NCBI RefSeq assembly: GCF_039654945.1 | Contig: NW_027361899.1 | Coordinates: 13,392,001-13,456,000 of the forward strand | From: Dendrobates tinctorius | Lineage: Eukaryota | Reading direction: 5' to 3' | Length of the DNA: 64,000 nt | Position numbers and translations under genes: made by a program | Part shown: piece after piece, positions 10,827-26,064 of the stretch | Layout of the letters: every line of letters begins with the position of its first letter | How positions within the stretch are numbered: the stretch's first letter is position 1 | The notes under the pieces: generated by a model | Databases searched by the model: none | Told to the model about the DNA's origin: nothing | The model's input: only the letters and a program-made list of their open reading frames with translations

Positions 10827-13800
10827 CAACTATTTTTGTTCTATAGTAGTAACATTAACCCCTTAGTGACATCTGCTGTACATGTATGTAAGATGTGTGC
10901 AATCCTGGTATAGAGTGGGCTCAGAAACAGAATCTGCTCCATACAGTGCAGGCGTCAGCTGTGTTACATGGCTGGCTTCAGAGAGTAGCTTCCGTGATCT
11001 GAGCTAGCTGTGTGACTTCTCTAAAGGAAACGTGTCAGAAACTTCTACCGCCCAAAACCATTTACATCATTGTGGAGCCTGTTAAAACTAGGTCCATCCA
11101 TGACTCCATAGTGCTGCGTTATAAGCGAGAAACAATGTTTTGAAGTTCAGTGTGGCGATGCTCATACAGCTCCTCAACCTCATGCGGTCTTCACTGCCTT
11201 TTCCCATCCTCATCCACGATAACTGACAGATAAATCTCTAATAATAATAATAATAATAATAAAAAGCTCTGATTTCCTTAACTTTTCAATGGTTACTCCG
11301 TCATATAAATGAATGTTGGGAGCTAGAAGTGTCTGTCAGATTCCATTTAATGACCAGGCATTTTTTTTTTGTTTTTGTGCTTTTGTTTTTTTTCCTCCTG
11401 TTGTTCCAAGAGCCATAATAGTTTTTTTTTTAAATTTTTTCTATCGGCATAACAGCCGTACCAGACGTGTGTGTTTTGCGAGACGAGTGGGAGTTTCTGA
11501 AGGACACCATTAATTTTACTTTATAATGTCCTAGAACTCGGAGTCTTTTAATATGGTACTAGATATGCTGGAGGACTCAGAACAGGAACCGGAGGAATAA
11601 TGTCAGGCTCCGTGGGATCCCTGAGTCTGTGGCCTCACGTGACCTTTCCTCGGCCCTTCACGGCATTTTTAATTCGCTCTTAGGGAAACCATCCACTGAA
11701 ACCATCCACTGAACACATTGAAATTGATCGAGCTCATCGCTCGCTAGGGCCCACGAACCCCGACACATCTAAGCCGAGGGACGTCATATGCAGGATCCAC
11801 TACTTCCAAACTAAGGATGACATCATGCGTAAGGCGAGGGACCACGATGCTATAGACTTTAATGGATCTGATATTCTTCTGTCTGATCTCTCACGCTTCA
11901 CCCTGGCCAAGCGGAGGGTTCTACGTCCCCTCTTGGTGATGTTGCGGGAAAATAGGATCCCCTATAGTTGGGGCTACCCATTCCAATTGCAAGTACGCAG
12001 TGATAAGGGTCTGACAACTTTGAGATCCCCGTCGGATCTCCAGAACTTCACCGCTGCTCTGGTTGCGCTGGGGGACTGGCCTCGCCTCACTACGTCTGAC
12101 TTATGGGGACTGCGCCGCGATGGAGGACCTCCTGCTGGGACTATGGGAAAGAGGAAGCGGAGCTCCCGCCGGAGACATGGATCCGTCACTCAGGCCAACG
12201 ACACGTGATCATCCTAGATTATATGTTTTCTATTGTCTCTTTTGTTCCGCCTGCAGTACCCCTGCATACTGTCGGGCTCCCAAGAGGAGTCTGGTCGTAA
12301 CTTTGGTCAAGTTTGATTAATGCAGGGGGACTGGAGCCATATGTTTGGTAGCGTTTCATTTTCATCAGATTCTATCTGGGACACTTGAGCGGAGCTCCCA
12401 GCATAGCCTATTCTACACTGTTTATGAATGGTTTCCTACTCCGATGGGCACCCCAAATGATGTGCTTACCTGTTGTATTACTTTATAATTCCACTAATTA
12501 TATCCTAGGCTGACTAACGCTACTTTTTCTTCTAAATTTAGCACTCGGACATGCCCCTTCGGAGACCCGTTCCGATTGTGTTCACTTCTGCAAATGTATC
12601 TGGTTTATGACTCGTCCTGTTGTATTTGTTAATATTGTTTATACTGACAGGTCTACAGACCTACGGGGTGGAGTTTGGATTTCCTTTTTTTTTTTTTTTT
12701 GCTGCAGGGGCTTGGCTGTTGGCTGCTTGCTCTTTGCCCAATCACCTCCCCACTAGGGTGTGTCTGTGACACTACTTCTCAGAGTTTTCTCTGATATTGT
12801 TCTCTACACCAGAGGCCTAGTGGCCTCTTGGTCTTCCCTTTATTTCTTTTTTCTTTTCGGTTGGTTCTGAACTACTCTCTTTCCTTGGTGCTTTACTTTT
12901 ACTATCTCTGTCTCTTCCCACCACCCACCCCCCCTACTCCTTCCTGACCTGATTGTGCCACCTGTGGGCCCGATAGTTCATATGGCATCCCTACAACTCT
13001 GCTCACTTAATGTCAGGGGGTTTAATGTCCCCGAAAAACGATCGAAGGTTCTATACGGTATGCATAAGCAACGAGTTGACGTACTTTTGCTGCAGGAGAC
13101 TCCTTTCCGATCAGACAGAATCCCTACGCTTAGCCATAAATACTACACGCAGTGGTTCCATGGAAGTAATTCTGATTCCAAGTCTAAAGGAGTCAGCATT
13201 GCATTACATAAGTCTCTCCAGGCTCAGGTTGTCGCCTCTAAGACGGATTCTGGTGGTCGATATGTGTTTCTGAAGCTTAAAATCGCCCACGATCTGTTCA
13301 CCATAGCTAACATTTATCTCCCCAATCAAGACCAGGTCCGAGCATGCAGAAAGTACTTGCAGGACCTATCGGCTTTTGCGGAGGGCTACGTGATCATGGG
13401 AGGGGATTTCAATATGGTGTTGGACCGCGCTGTGGATTCCTCTTCGGGCAGGTCAGCGGTGTCCCCCTCGCAGATGGAGAGACTACGTCGGGCCCTGACG
13501 GACTCAAGGTTGGTGGATGTCTGGAGGTTACTGCACCCCACTGCCCGGGATTATACCTATTTTTCCACAATACACAATTCCTACAGTAGATTAGATTATT
13601 TTTTGATCAGCCCCGGGCTCCTGTCTTTTGACCCTAGGTCCGACAGAGACACGATGTTATGGTCGGACCATGCCCCGGTCTTGCTCTGCCTGCGGTTGCC
13701 GAGTCTCGTTCCGAAGGAATGGACCTGGTCCTTAAACCCTGGTCTCCTTGGAGATCTAACGTGTCAGGCGGCCGTGCGAACAGCAATCTCGGACTTTCTA

Positions 13801-14871
13801 GATTTTCACAAACATGACCCTACGGCTATTCCGTATCAATGGGAAGCTTTGAAAGGAGTCATACGGGGGGGTTTTATACAGCAAGGGGCCAGACTGAAAA
13901 GAGAGAGGAAAACTGATATAATGGGTTTGTTGACTTGTGTCCAAGCTTTGGAGACGGACCATAAACGGACTAGAGATGCTTGTGTGCTGACTGATCTCCT
14001 CCGGGCGTGCTGTGAGTTGAGCACCTTGTTAGACGCGACGTTAGCACGACAGAGGGACCGCTTCCGTAAATTTATGTACAAATATTCTGATAAACCTGGG
14101 AGAGCCCTGACCACTTATATTCCTACCATGAGATCTGCTACGGGTGAACTGGTCCATTTTCCTGGGGAGATTGTGGACTCGTTCAGAGCATATTACGACT
14201 CTCTTTATAATTTAAATGGCCCGTTGTCTGATATGTCCCCCCTCGAGTTTCAAGCACGGGTGGATGATTACATCCGGGATACTGGGCTCCCGCCTATGTC
14301 GGTGGAGGAGTCTGAGACCCTGGAGAGCCCCCTTTCAGAGCAGGAGGTTCTCGACACAATAAAATCCTTAGCTAATGGAAAGAGTCCTGGCCCTGATGGA
14401 TTTTCCGCTGCCTTTTATAAATTGTTTGCAAACTCCCTAGTCCCCTTCATGATCAAACTGTTTAACTCTATCTCGGCCAGCTGTCCCTTTGCCCCCCAAA
14501 CGCTGATGGCTACAATCACTGTGATTCCTAAACTGGGTAAAGATCCCCTATTATGTGCAAGTTATAGGCCCATATCCCTTATTAATGTAGATGTGAAGGT
14601 GTTCGCGAAAGTGTTAGCTGGTAGACTGAACCCTGTTCTCCCTGGGTCCATCCATAATGATCAGGCAGGCTTTGTGCCTCACAGGGAGGCCAGGGATAAC
14701 ACGGTGAAGACGTTGCTCCTGACTTCATACATGCGCACAGGAAAGGTACCATCATGCTTATTATCTATTGACGCTGAGAAGGCGTTTGACCGCCTAGGTT
14801 GGCCCTTTCTACGTGCTTCTCTGCAGCAACTAGGAGTGGGTCCTAACATGATGGAGAGGATTTTTGCTCTA

Positions 14872-15770
14872 CACTCACTGGCCACTTTATTAGGTACACC
14901 TGTCCAACTGTGTGTTAAGACTTAATTTCTAATCAGCCAATCACATGGCGGCAACTCAGTGCATTTAGGCATGTAGACATGGTCAAGACAATCTCCTGCA
15001 GTTCAAACCGAGCATCAGTATGGGGAAGAAAGGTGATTTGAGTGCCTTTGAACGTGGCAAGATTGTTGGTGCCAGAAGGGCTGGTCTGAGTATTTCAGAA
15101 ACTGCTGATCTACTGGGATTTTCACGCACAACCATCTCTAGGGTTTACAGAGAATGGTCCGAAAAAGAAAAAAAATCCAGTGAGCGGCAGTTCTGTGGCC
15201 GGAAATGCCTTGTTGATGCCAGAGGTCAGAGGAGAATGGGCATACTGGTTCGAGCTGATAGAAAGGCAACAGTGACTCAAATTGCCACCCGTTACAACCA
15301 AGGTAGGCAGAAGAGCATCTCTGAACGCACAGTGCGTCGAACTTTGAGGCAGATGGGCTACAGCAGCAGAAGACCACACTGGGTACCACTCCTCTCAGCT
15401 AAGAACAGGCATCTGATGGCTACTTTCAGCAGGATAATGCGCCATGTCATAAAGCTCGAATCATCTCAGATTGGTTTCTTGAACATGACAATGAGTTCAC
15501 TGTACTCAAATGGCCTCCTCAGTCACCAGATCTCAATCCAATAGAGCATCTTTGGGATGTGGTGGAACGGGAGATTCGCATCAGGGATGTGCAGCCGACA
15601 AATCTGCGCCAACTGTGTGATGCCATCATGTCAATATGGTCCAAAATCTCTGAGGAATGCTTCCAGCACCTTGTTGAATCTCTGCCACGAAGAATTGAGG
15701 CAGTTCTGAAGGCAAAAGGGGGTCCAACCCGTTACTAGCATGGTGTACCTAATAAAGTGGCCAGTGAGTG
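14872..15770 (+). mobile_element. Tc1-like transposon, internally deleted, inserted in L1 ORF2
   Basis: Perfect TIR CACTCACTGGCCACTTTATTAGGTACACC, TA TSD; removal restores L1 frame FALYHRP. Confidence 0.96.
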
Positions 15771-17814
15771 TATATCATAGACCTACAGCCCGTCTCAGAG
15801 TTAATGGCACCCTCTTCCTGCCCATTAATATAAGGAACGGGACCCGACAGGGTTGCCCCCTCTCTCCTTTACTCTATATCCTCGCGATGGAGCACCTAGC
15901 AGTGGCATTACGGAAGACACCCGATATTGAGGGTTTGCGGATTGGTCAACATGAGTTTAAGATATCCCTATATGCGGATGACTTACTGGTATATATTACC
16001 AACCCGACTGTGGCCTTTCCCGTACTTCTCCGAGAGTTCCGTAGGTTCGGGGAGGTCTCAAATTTTAAAGTCAACTAATCCAAGACGGAGGCGCTCAGTA
16101 TCTCCTTGCCTAATGATCTGGTTTCTCAGCTCCAGATGTCCTTTTCTTTTAAGTGGAAGACGGCCGCCTTGAAATATTTAGGAGTCTTAATACCTGCTGA
16201 CATTAACGCAACATATGCTCTGAATTATGTCCCGCTCCTGCAGAAAACTATCTTGGACCTTAAACGATATAACAGACCTCAGCTATCTTGGTTCGGACGG
16301 GTAGGAGTGATCAAGATGGAAATCTTGCCCCGATTCCTCTATCTTTTTCAGACGGCTCCTGTGCAAGTCCCGGATTGCTTTTTCAGGCGCCTGCAATCTG
16401 CTATCGATAGCTTTATTTGGGGAACTAGGAAGCCGCGGACTCGGTTCTCGGTACTAGTGAGACCCAAGACTAAAGGGGGGGTAGGCCTCCCTGATTTTAA
16501 ACGTTATTATCAGGCAGTCTTGCTCTCTAGGATAGTCGATTGGAGGTTTGGCGATGCTCATAAACAGTGGGTGTTCTTGGAGAAACTTTTATCGCCCTCT
16601 TCTTTGTATTGGCTACCTTGGCTGGGGGGGATCGGACGCCCGCCTGTGTCAAGTTATGCTCCACTCACACAGGTTGTTCTGAGGTTCTGGGACAGAGCCT
16701 ACGTGAAACTACGCCTGATCTCTCAATTGAGCAGATTGAGTCCCCTTTTTGACAATCCGGTCTTTCCCCCAGCAATGAATAGATCTACGTTTTTGTGTTG
16801 GACGCGACCTGACGAGGTGGTACTGGGTCAGGTGAGGGATAAACTTGCGGGGCTTTCCGATGTGAGGGGGTTGCGAGGCCCTGGTCAAACGACGCCGCTG
16901 TCCTGGCTGGAGTTTCTGCAATTGCGGAGCTTCCTTCTCAGTATACCATGAGGGGCGCCAACGCCATTTGAGTCTCTGATGCTCCCTACCGAGGGTCCCT
17001 CTCGTGGTTTTGGCGCTCTATGGCCTGGTCTTGAACTCACTTCCCTCTACTACGCTCGGCTTCATGGAGGCTTGGGAGAGGGACCTGGGGATCACCTTTT
17101 CTGAGGCGGATAGTTTAAAAATGTTCACTCTCGCGCACAAGATGACAATGTCCAGTCAGTCGCAGGAGAGGAATTATAAATTGCTGACGCGCTGGTATAG
17201 GTGTCCCACACTTCTCCATAGAATTAACCCGGAGACCCCGGATACCTGTTGGAGATGTGGATCCGCCGCAGGCTCTATGCTTCTTGTTTGGTGGTCCTGT
17301 GGTCTCCTGCAACCCTTCTGGAGCTCGGTGTTTGATGCCTTTCATCTGATGACTGGGGTCCGCCATGAGCCCTCCCCCCAAATTGCCCTACTGTCCCTGA
17401 TTCCCAATTTGATAGCTTCGGTTAAAAAGGGGATTCTAAGATTCTGTTTAACGGCTGCCAGAGCAGTTATTCCTCGGCATTGGAGGTCCACTGAGGTTCC
17501 CTCCACGGAGGAATGGATATCTGAAATGGAGAGACTACATCGTCTGGAGTCAATGGTGGCGGTGGTGACGGTGATTTTGCATGTGAACAGGGGCGCACCT
17601 GGTTCCTCTGGCAATCCTTCAAGGAGAGCGCGGGGTTCCTGAACTGGCTACATACATATTCACAACCCTCAATACGTGGACACTGATGCTATTGGGTCCC
17701 CTTTAACTTTCTCCCTCCCTACTCCCCCCTTTCTTCCTATTCCACCCCCCCTTTTTTTTTTTTTTTTTCTTTCCTTCTCTCTTCTCTCTTTTTATCTTGC
17801 TTTCCTTCTTCTTA

Positions 17815-19424
<1,610 letters not shown>

Positions 19425-19756
19425 TATATCTCTATAACTGCTTTTCTTACAGGTTATTTATTTTGTTTATAAGGTTCATATCTGGAGATGTTTTTCAAGA
19501 TAGCAAGCATGTATCCTAAATATGCCAGAGTCCTTGTTTGGCTATAAGTGTGCTGCTTTTACAGAGATTTAATGTTTAGCCTTGGACATGGTAAATGGCT
19601 CTCTGTACTGCTTTTACTGTTTAAAAAAAAACAAAAACTTCAATAAATATATTTACTGAAAAAAAAAAATAATGTCCTAGAAAATGAGGGAAACCATTCC
19701 CAGAGCGGTGAAATTGTGACTAGAATCCCAGCCATTCTACCATTGTTTTGTGTTTA

Positions 19757-19947
19757 GGCCTTGTTCACACATTCAGTATTTGGTCAGTATTTTCCATCAG
19801 TATTTATAAGCCAAAATCAGGGGTGGAAAAATCAGAAAAAGTATAATAGAAACTCGTCACCACTTCTGTATTTATCACACGCTCCTGGTTTTGGCTACAA
19901 AAACTGATGGAAAATACTGACTGAATGCTGACTGTGTGAATGTGGCC
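19757..19947. mobile_element. Harbinger-type MITE
   Basis: TTA TSDs; termini GGCC...TTCACAC / GTGTGAA...GGCC; truncated relative at 63169-~63250. Confidence 0.75.
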
Positions 19948-20859
19948 TTACAGAGTTTATTGTGCAGTGAAATGGCCTGATAATAGGACTCTCTGGATTG
20001 GTCCGATTACAGTGATACCGAACTTGTCCAGTTATTTTTTAATTAGTAGTAAAAAGAAAAAAACGGAAATTTGTTAAATAAAAGTGTTACCATTTTTTTT
20101 AGGCCATTTTATTTTTCCGTGGATGAAGCTGTGAGCGGCTCTTGTGGTTTTTGTGCCTTCAGTTGATGTTATTGATCCCATTTTGGAGTACATTTATATT
20201 TTGATCACTTTTTATTGCATTTCTTGGAGAGGTTCAGAAACCAAAAAGATGGCAATTTTTGGTGTTACAATTTTTCTTTTTGGCTTCAAAATAACTTTAT
20301 ATTGTGATCGGACTTTTTTTTTCAAATACTTTTTAATTTTGATACTAGATTAAGGGGCGTTATTTAACCTTTTAGCGTTTATTTTTACTCGTTAGATCCC
20401 CGCTCTCATACTATATGTATAAAGGGAAAGCACGGTGCTCCGGCGAAGGTCGGCCTGCGGCTGAGCTTCATCGGAGGACGGAGATGGCGGTTATGGGCGT
20501 CTTCAGCTGGCCCCCGGCTGATGTGGTAAACGGAGGGGTGATCCTGTGTGACCTCATTTATATACCGGGGTCAGATACTGACAGCGGCACTCAAAGGGCA
20601 GCGATCGGAGCTCAGCTCTGGCACATATGGTCCGAGTGCTGATAGTTTGGAACCGTCACCCAGGTGACGACCATAAAGGGAGAAAATAATTTAAAAAAAA
20701 CAGTGGAGGCGTCGCATGAACCCGGAACAGTCCCAGTACTGCCCGATACCCAGCTCCAACCAGGGGGGAAAAAGTTACCAGTGTTAGAAAATGGAGACAA
20801 AAACTACATTTTATATATTTTATCTGACACAATATAAAATATAGATTTGGTCACAGAGA

Positions 20860-21235
20860 ACAACTGCTGGGACTTGTAGTTCCCAGAGCCATCTCCACCT
20901 TTTGCCCCGCTGAGCAGAGGTGGCGGCAGCGTGCTGGACAGGCATTTCCTTATTCTAGGCGGATGTCACGGCGTGCTCTGCTGAGTGCCGCCATTCTGTT
21001 GGAGTATTCAGCCCAGTAATGTTAATAGATAGGTCTCCGGGAATATGGCCGCTGCCTCAGCCGAGGACACAATGTCAGTATAGTGTTAGCGCTCTTACGC
21101 TACGTGCGTCTGGACGAACGTCTGATCCGGCGTCTTTACGTCACGCCGGGGGCGCGGCCTGCTCGGGCACCTCCTCCTTCGGTCGCTGTGCGCATGCTCC
21201 GTCCTTAAACACGTGGCTACGAGCGGAGCGGAGCA
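20860..21235 (+). promoter_or_regulatory. WDR43 CpG-island promoter
   Basis: ZNF143/THAP11-type TGGGACTTGTAGT 20868-20880, YY1-like GCCGCCATT 20987-20995, CRE-like TTACGTCA 21136-21143, NRF1-like TGCGCATGC 21189-21197, E-box CACGTG 21210-21215. Confidence 0.6.
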
Positions 21236-21445
21236 ATGGCGGCAGCAGGCGGCGTGTACGAGCCGCTCCCCCCTCCATGCGCCTTCTCCCCCGAGAGCCG
21301 GGACCTGCTCGCTCTCTCCGGTGTGGACGGGCGGATACAGGTGTGGGACACCCGGGGGGCAGGGCTGAGGAGAGAGTACGTGCCCTCCGCGCACCTCAGT
21401 GCGACCTGTACGTGTCTGGCCTGGGCGCCGAGCCGGGGGATCCAG
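21236..21445 (+). CDS. WDR43: WDR43 exon 1
   Basis: MAAAGG...DGRIQVWDT...[19 protein letters not shown]; donor CAG|gtgagt. Confidence 0.92.
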
Positions 21446-24400
21446 GTGAGTAGCCGGGACTGAGGCTGCGGGGGGTCCGGACCTGTGTGTAACACGCGGT
21501 ATCCGTGCGGGGCCCGGGACACGCGTGGGCGGCGGGCAGTGGACGAGTCACGTGGGCGACTTTCTGTCACTTGTCCCAAGTGCCCCGTCCTGTGTGTGTG
21601 GTGGGCATCAAGGGGGCGACTTCCAGCTCTGGTTATGGGAGGGGGGCGCACAGCGGTGACATCCAGCCCCCGACTACAGGGGGGGCACGGCGACGACATC
21701 CAGCCTCGGTTGTGGGAGGGTGGAGCACGGCGGCGACATCCAGCCCTGGACTACAGGGGGGGAGCACGGCGGGGTCATCCAGCCTCGGTTGCGGGAGGGG
21801 GGGAGCACGGCGGGGTCATCCAGCCTCGGTTGCGGGAGGGGGGGAGCACGGCGGCGTCATCCAGCCCCGGTTGCGGGAGGGGGGGGGGGAGCACGGCGGC
21901 GTCATCCAGCCCCGGTTGCGGGAGGGGGGGGGGGAGCACGGCGGCGTCATCCAGCCCCGGTTGCGGGAGGGGGGGGGGGAGCACGGCGGCGTCATCCAGC
22001 CCCGGTTGCGGGAGGGGGGGGGGGAGCACGGCGGCGTCATCCAGCCCCGGTTGCGGGAGGGGGGGGGGGAGCACGGCGGCGTCATCCAGCCCCGGTTGCG
22101 GGAGGGGGGGGGGGAGCACGGCGGCGTCATCCAGCCCCGGTTGCGGGAGGGGGGGGGGGAGCACGGCGGCGTCATCCAGCCCCGGTTGCGGGAGGGGGGG
22201 GGGAGCACGGCGGCGTCATCCAGCCCCGGTTGCGGGAGGGGGGGGGGAGCACGGCGGCGTCATCCAGCCCCGGTTGCGGGAGGGGGGGGGGGAGCACGGC
22301 GGCGTCATCCAGCCCCGGTTGCGGGAGGGGGGGGAGCACGGTGGCGTCATCCAGCCCCGGTTGCGGGAGGGGGGGGGAGCACGGCGGCGTCATCCAGCCC
22401 CGGTTGCGGGAGGGGGGAGCACGGCGGCGTCATCCAGCCCCGGTTGCGGGAGGGGGGAGCACGGCGGCGTCATCCAGCCCCGGTTGCGGGAGGGGGGAGC
22501 ACGGCGGCGTCATCCAGCCCCGGTTGCGGGAGGGGGGAGCACGGCGGCGTCATCCAGCCCCGGTTGCGGCAGCAATCACGAATGTATGCTCTGGTCGTAT
22601 GTAATGTGGGGGTGATGGTACGTGGAAGTAAATCATGGAAGGACAGCAGCAACCTACAGCCCTGATTATGGGGGGACACAGTGGCGATCATGAACTTATG
22701 GTCTTGATCATGGGAGGGGGTTGCACGGCGGCGAAGTCCGGCCCCCAGTTGCGGGAGGGGGTTGCACGGCGGCGACGTCCGGCCCCCGGTTGCGGGAGCA
22801 AACACGAATGTATGCTCTGATCGTGTGTAATGTGGGGGTGATGGTACGTGGAAGTAAATCATGGAAGGACAGCAGCAACATACAGCCCTGATTACGGGGT
22901 ACACAGTGGCGATCATGAACTTATGGTCTTGATCATGGGGGGGGGGCGGGCGCGGCGGTGATCCGCAGCCGTGATCACTTGTGTGTACGGCACAGATCAC
23001 CTGAAAATCTTGTTCTAGGGGGCACTGTGCTGGCATTGGTGGTCTGTTGCTCTGTCGCGTCTGACCGTTCCTTAAGAGAATTAATTATAGAAGTTTTATA
23101 ACTCTTTTAACTAAAAAGTTGTGAAAACTTCCCGGGAAAATGTCAGTGAGCGGCAATACTGAGGAAAGCACAGACTGGGGGGCTGCAGTGCTTCATAACT
23201 GAAGGGTTAATCTTTAGACTTGGTCAGCCCTCCATGGCATTGAGGTTAACTTGATCCGAAGAATAGGTCTCCCACTGAACTGAAGAAGGGGTCTCTCCCG
23301 AGGACGGATGTGCCGTCCACCGCTCTATTCCTCCTTTATTGGACTGGCGGTAAGAGCGGAGGTTCACATGTCTAGTCTGGGATCAGTGGTCGGACCCCCG
23401 CAGATCAGCAGCTTATCCCGTTCTGTAGCTACGTCTAAATGGGAGTAATCCTCGTAGCACCGGGTTGTGGGGTGATGGGGACCCCTGTAGGACTGTCGGA
23501 TGCTGGTTACTGAGCACTGATTTAGGTTTGCGCTCTGCCGCTGTCAGGATGGAGCTGTCACAATCTGCTGTGAAACGTCCCCATGTGCATCATCGCCAGG
23601 AAGGTGACGCTGGATGATCAGTAATGGGGCGACGCTGCTGGGTGACTGGTAATGATTGTAGAGGAAGGGGGGCATAATGTCTGTGGGGGTGACTGGTGTG
23701 GGAATGTGGGGTAAGTATCTTATTGGGGTCCGCACATTCAGGAAGGGACCGTTGGGCAAATTACATCCCCTGCATTACAGACAGTAACACTGTGACAATT
23801 AGTGGCTGCTCCTCTTCTGCTACAGTCGTGTCCCTCCTGTCAGTGACAGTATTGGATCTTGAGGGAAACATGGTTTTCTCCAATCACTGACATCAAGCAG
23901 AGATCTTACGAAGAAGTGAAACGCGCTTACTACGAAGCTGCTGAACTTTATAAAGTTAAGACTGGAGATCCAATCGTGCATAAAATCCCCATCGAGTGTT
24001 TCTGGAGGTCGTCACCGTCCCAGCAGACCAGACCGTGTATCATACAGTCGTTACGTGACAACACTTACAGGGGATGTCCATTTATAAAGATAGCAGCAGA
24101 ACGAGAAAAAGGTCCATGCATAAAATAGTGCTCACCCGAATGAAGAATAATAAGTAATGTTTATTGATGGCAAGAAAAACACCCACAGATTAAAGACATG
24201 AATCCTCCCTGGTACCCACATGAATCATATAGACAGGCAGTACACACATTGACAATAGAATAAATGGGGTTAAAATATCCCCCTTAATGTCTAAGCAGAA
24301 AAAGAGGAACTGTCCCTGAGAATATTCCACGTCTGCGAAGAACAATGATGCCAATGGGAAACATGCAAAATTTCCAATATCACATGGTATAATATGAGTG

Positions 24401-26029
24401 ATCGAGACCGGGCGTTCCCAGAGTCAAAATAGGAAAACACATGCAGTTAGTTGGGTCCAACAATTAAACAAGCAGCGTTATAATGGTCCTTATACATATA
24501 CCAAGCCAAGTGTAGAAGACGACCCCAGCTAAGACATGTATTGATGGAATGATGTCCCCCAGAGGGCGAAGGCAAAAAGATGCCACAAAATGTAATAATC
24601 TATAGATAATGCAAGAAAAAAAGAAAATGAGCTGGAGGTGAAATCATGATGGTGAGCAATACAAAGAGAAATAGCCAGCATAGGAGACAATCAGATCAGA
24701 GAGCGTAAGGGAAAATAGTTCCGGGGCCAGGGAAGTGTGGGAAGCCTCATATGGTGACCTAAATAACACAATGTGGCTGCACTGGTGATGTCACGTGTAA
24801 AAAGTGACCGCTGCAGCCAATCGCTGAGCTCCGTGTGACTAAGAGGTAGACTGCTAAGCCCACAACACTAACTGGCCCCCGATGACTTGTCATGACGGCT
24901 GCCTAACACTGCGCCAATATTCACACTGAGTGCTGATAAGCGAATCCACCTGTCGCTCTCGGAAGGATGTGACGGGCACAGAGAGGCTGTGTGTTATGTA
25001 GGGGGGCGACGTACACGGCAGCGCAGGCTATTACCTCCCCAGTGCACGACGGGTTGTGTATGAGCTCACTGATGGCCCTCAAGGTAGTGGCCGCTACAGG
25101 ATGGTGTGCGGCTGGATCTTGACATTGGGTATCACATGTTTACATGGCTGATCTTTTGGGGTTTTTACTTCTTCCCAGGAAGCACATCAGAAAAAACGAA
25201 GGAAATCAGAAGCGATAGATAAAGATGTACAGTACGACCTCCTCACCATCGGCACAGCCACCGGCACCATATTGTTATACAGTATCGTCAAAGGGGAATT
25301 ACAGAGCAAACTGGTGAGTGCATCGTATAGGAAATGCCGCAGGGCAGCGCCGCCTGTGCATTCAGGCTCACTGGTGTGTGTACACAAGGTGCCGTCCTTG
25401 GGCTCTGACCAGTGTGTGTGTTTGCAAGGTGCCATCATCCTCAGTTTCTGGCTGGTGTTTGTGTGTTTGCAAGGTGCCATCATCCTCGGTTTCTGGCCTG
25501 TGTGTGTACAGGGCGCCATCATCCTCAGTCTCTGGTTGGTGTGTGTACTAGGCGCCATCATCCTCAGTCTCTGGCCTGTGTGTGTGTACTAGGCGCCATC
25601 ATCCTCAGTCTCTGGCCTGTGTTTGTGTACAAGGCGCCATCATCCTCAGTCTCTGGCCTGTGTTTGTGTACAAGGCGCCATCATCCTCAGTCTCTGGCCT
25701 GTGTTTGTGTACAAGGCGCCATCATCCTCAGTCTCTGGCCTGTGTTTGTGTACAAGGCGCCATCATCCTCAGTCTCTGGCCTGTGTTTGTGTACAAGGCG
25801 CCATCATCCTCAGTCTCTGGCCTGTGTGTGTGTACAAGGCGCCATCATCCTCAGTCTCTGGCCTGTGTGTGTGTACAAGGCGCCATCATCCTCGGTGTGT
25901 GTACAAGGCGCCATCATCCTCGGTCTCTGGCCTGTGTGTGGATATGGTGCCATCTTTTGTCTCTGGCCTGTGTGTGTATATAGATGGTGCTGACCTCTGC
26001 TTCAGATAGATAGATATATATATATATAT

Positions 26030-26064
<35 letters not shown>

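Noticed and set aside
10855-11522. TTAA-CCCC start and sequence continuing after the L1 (19683-~20800), suggesting a piggyBac-like host element
   Set aside because: No matching right terminus found, so boundaries and class cannot be supported.
21485-22665. Long Gly/Arg-rich ORFs
   Set aside because: Translation of the intron 1 minisatellite; exon 1 has a canonical donor at 21446.
23859-24128. Protein-like ORF ([21 protein letters not shown]) in WDR43 intron 1
   Set aside because: No recognisable family or splice support; would need a homology search.
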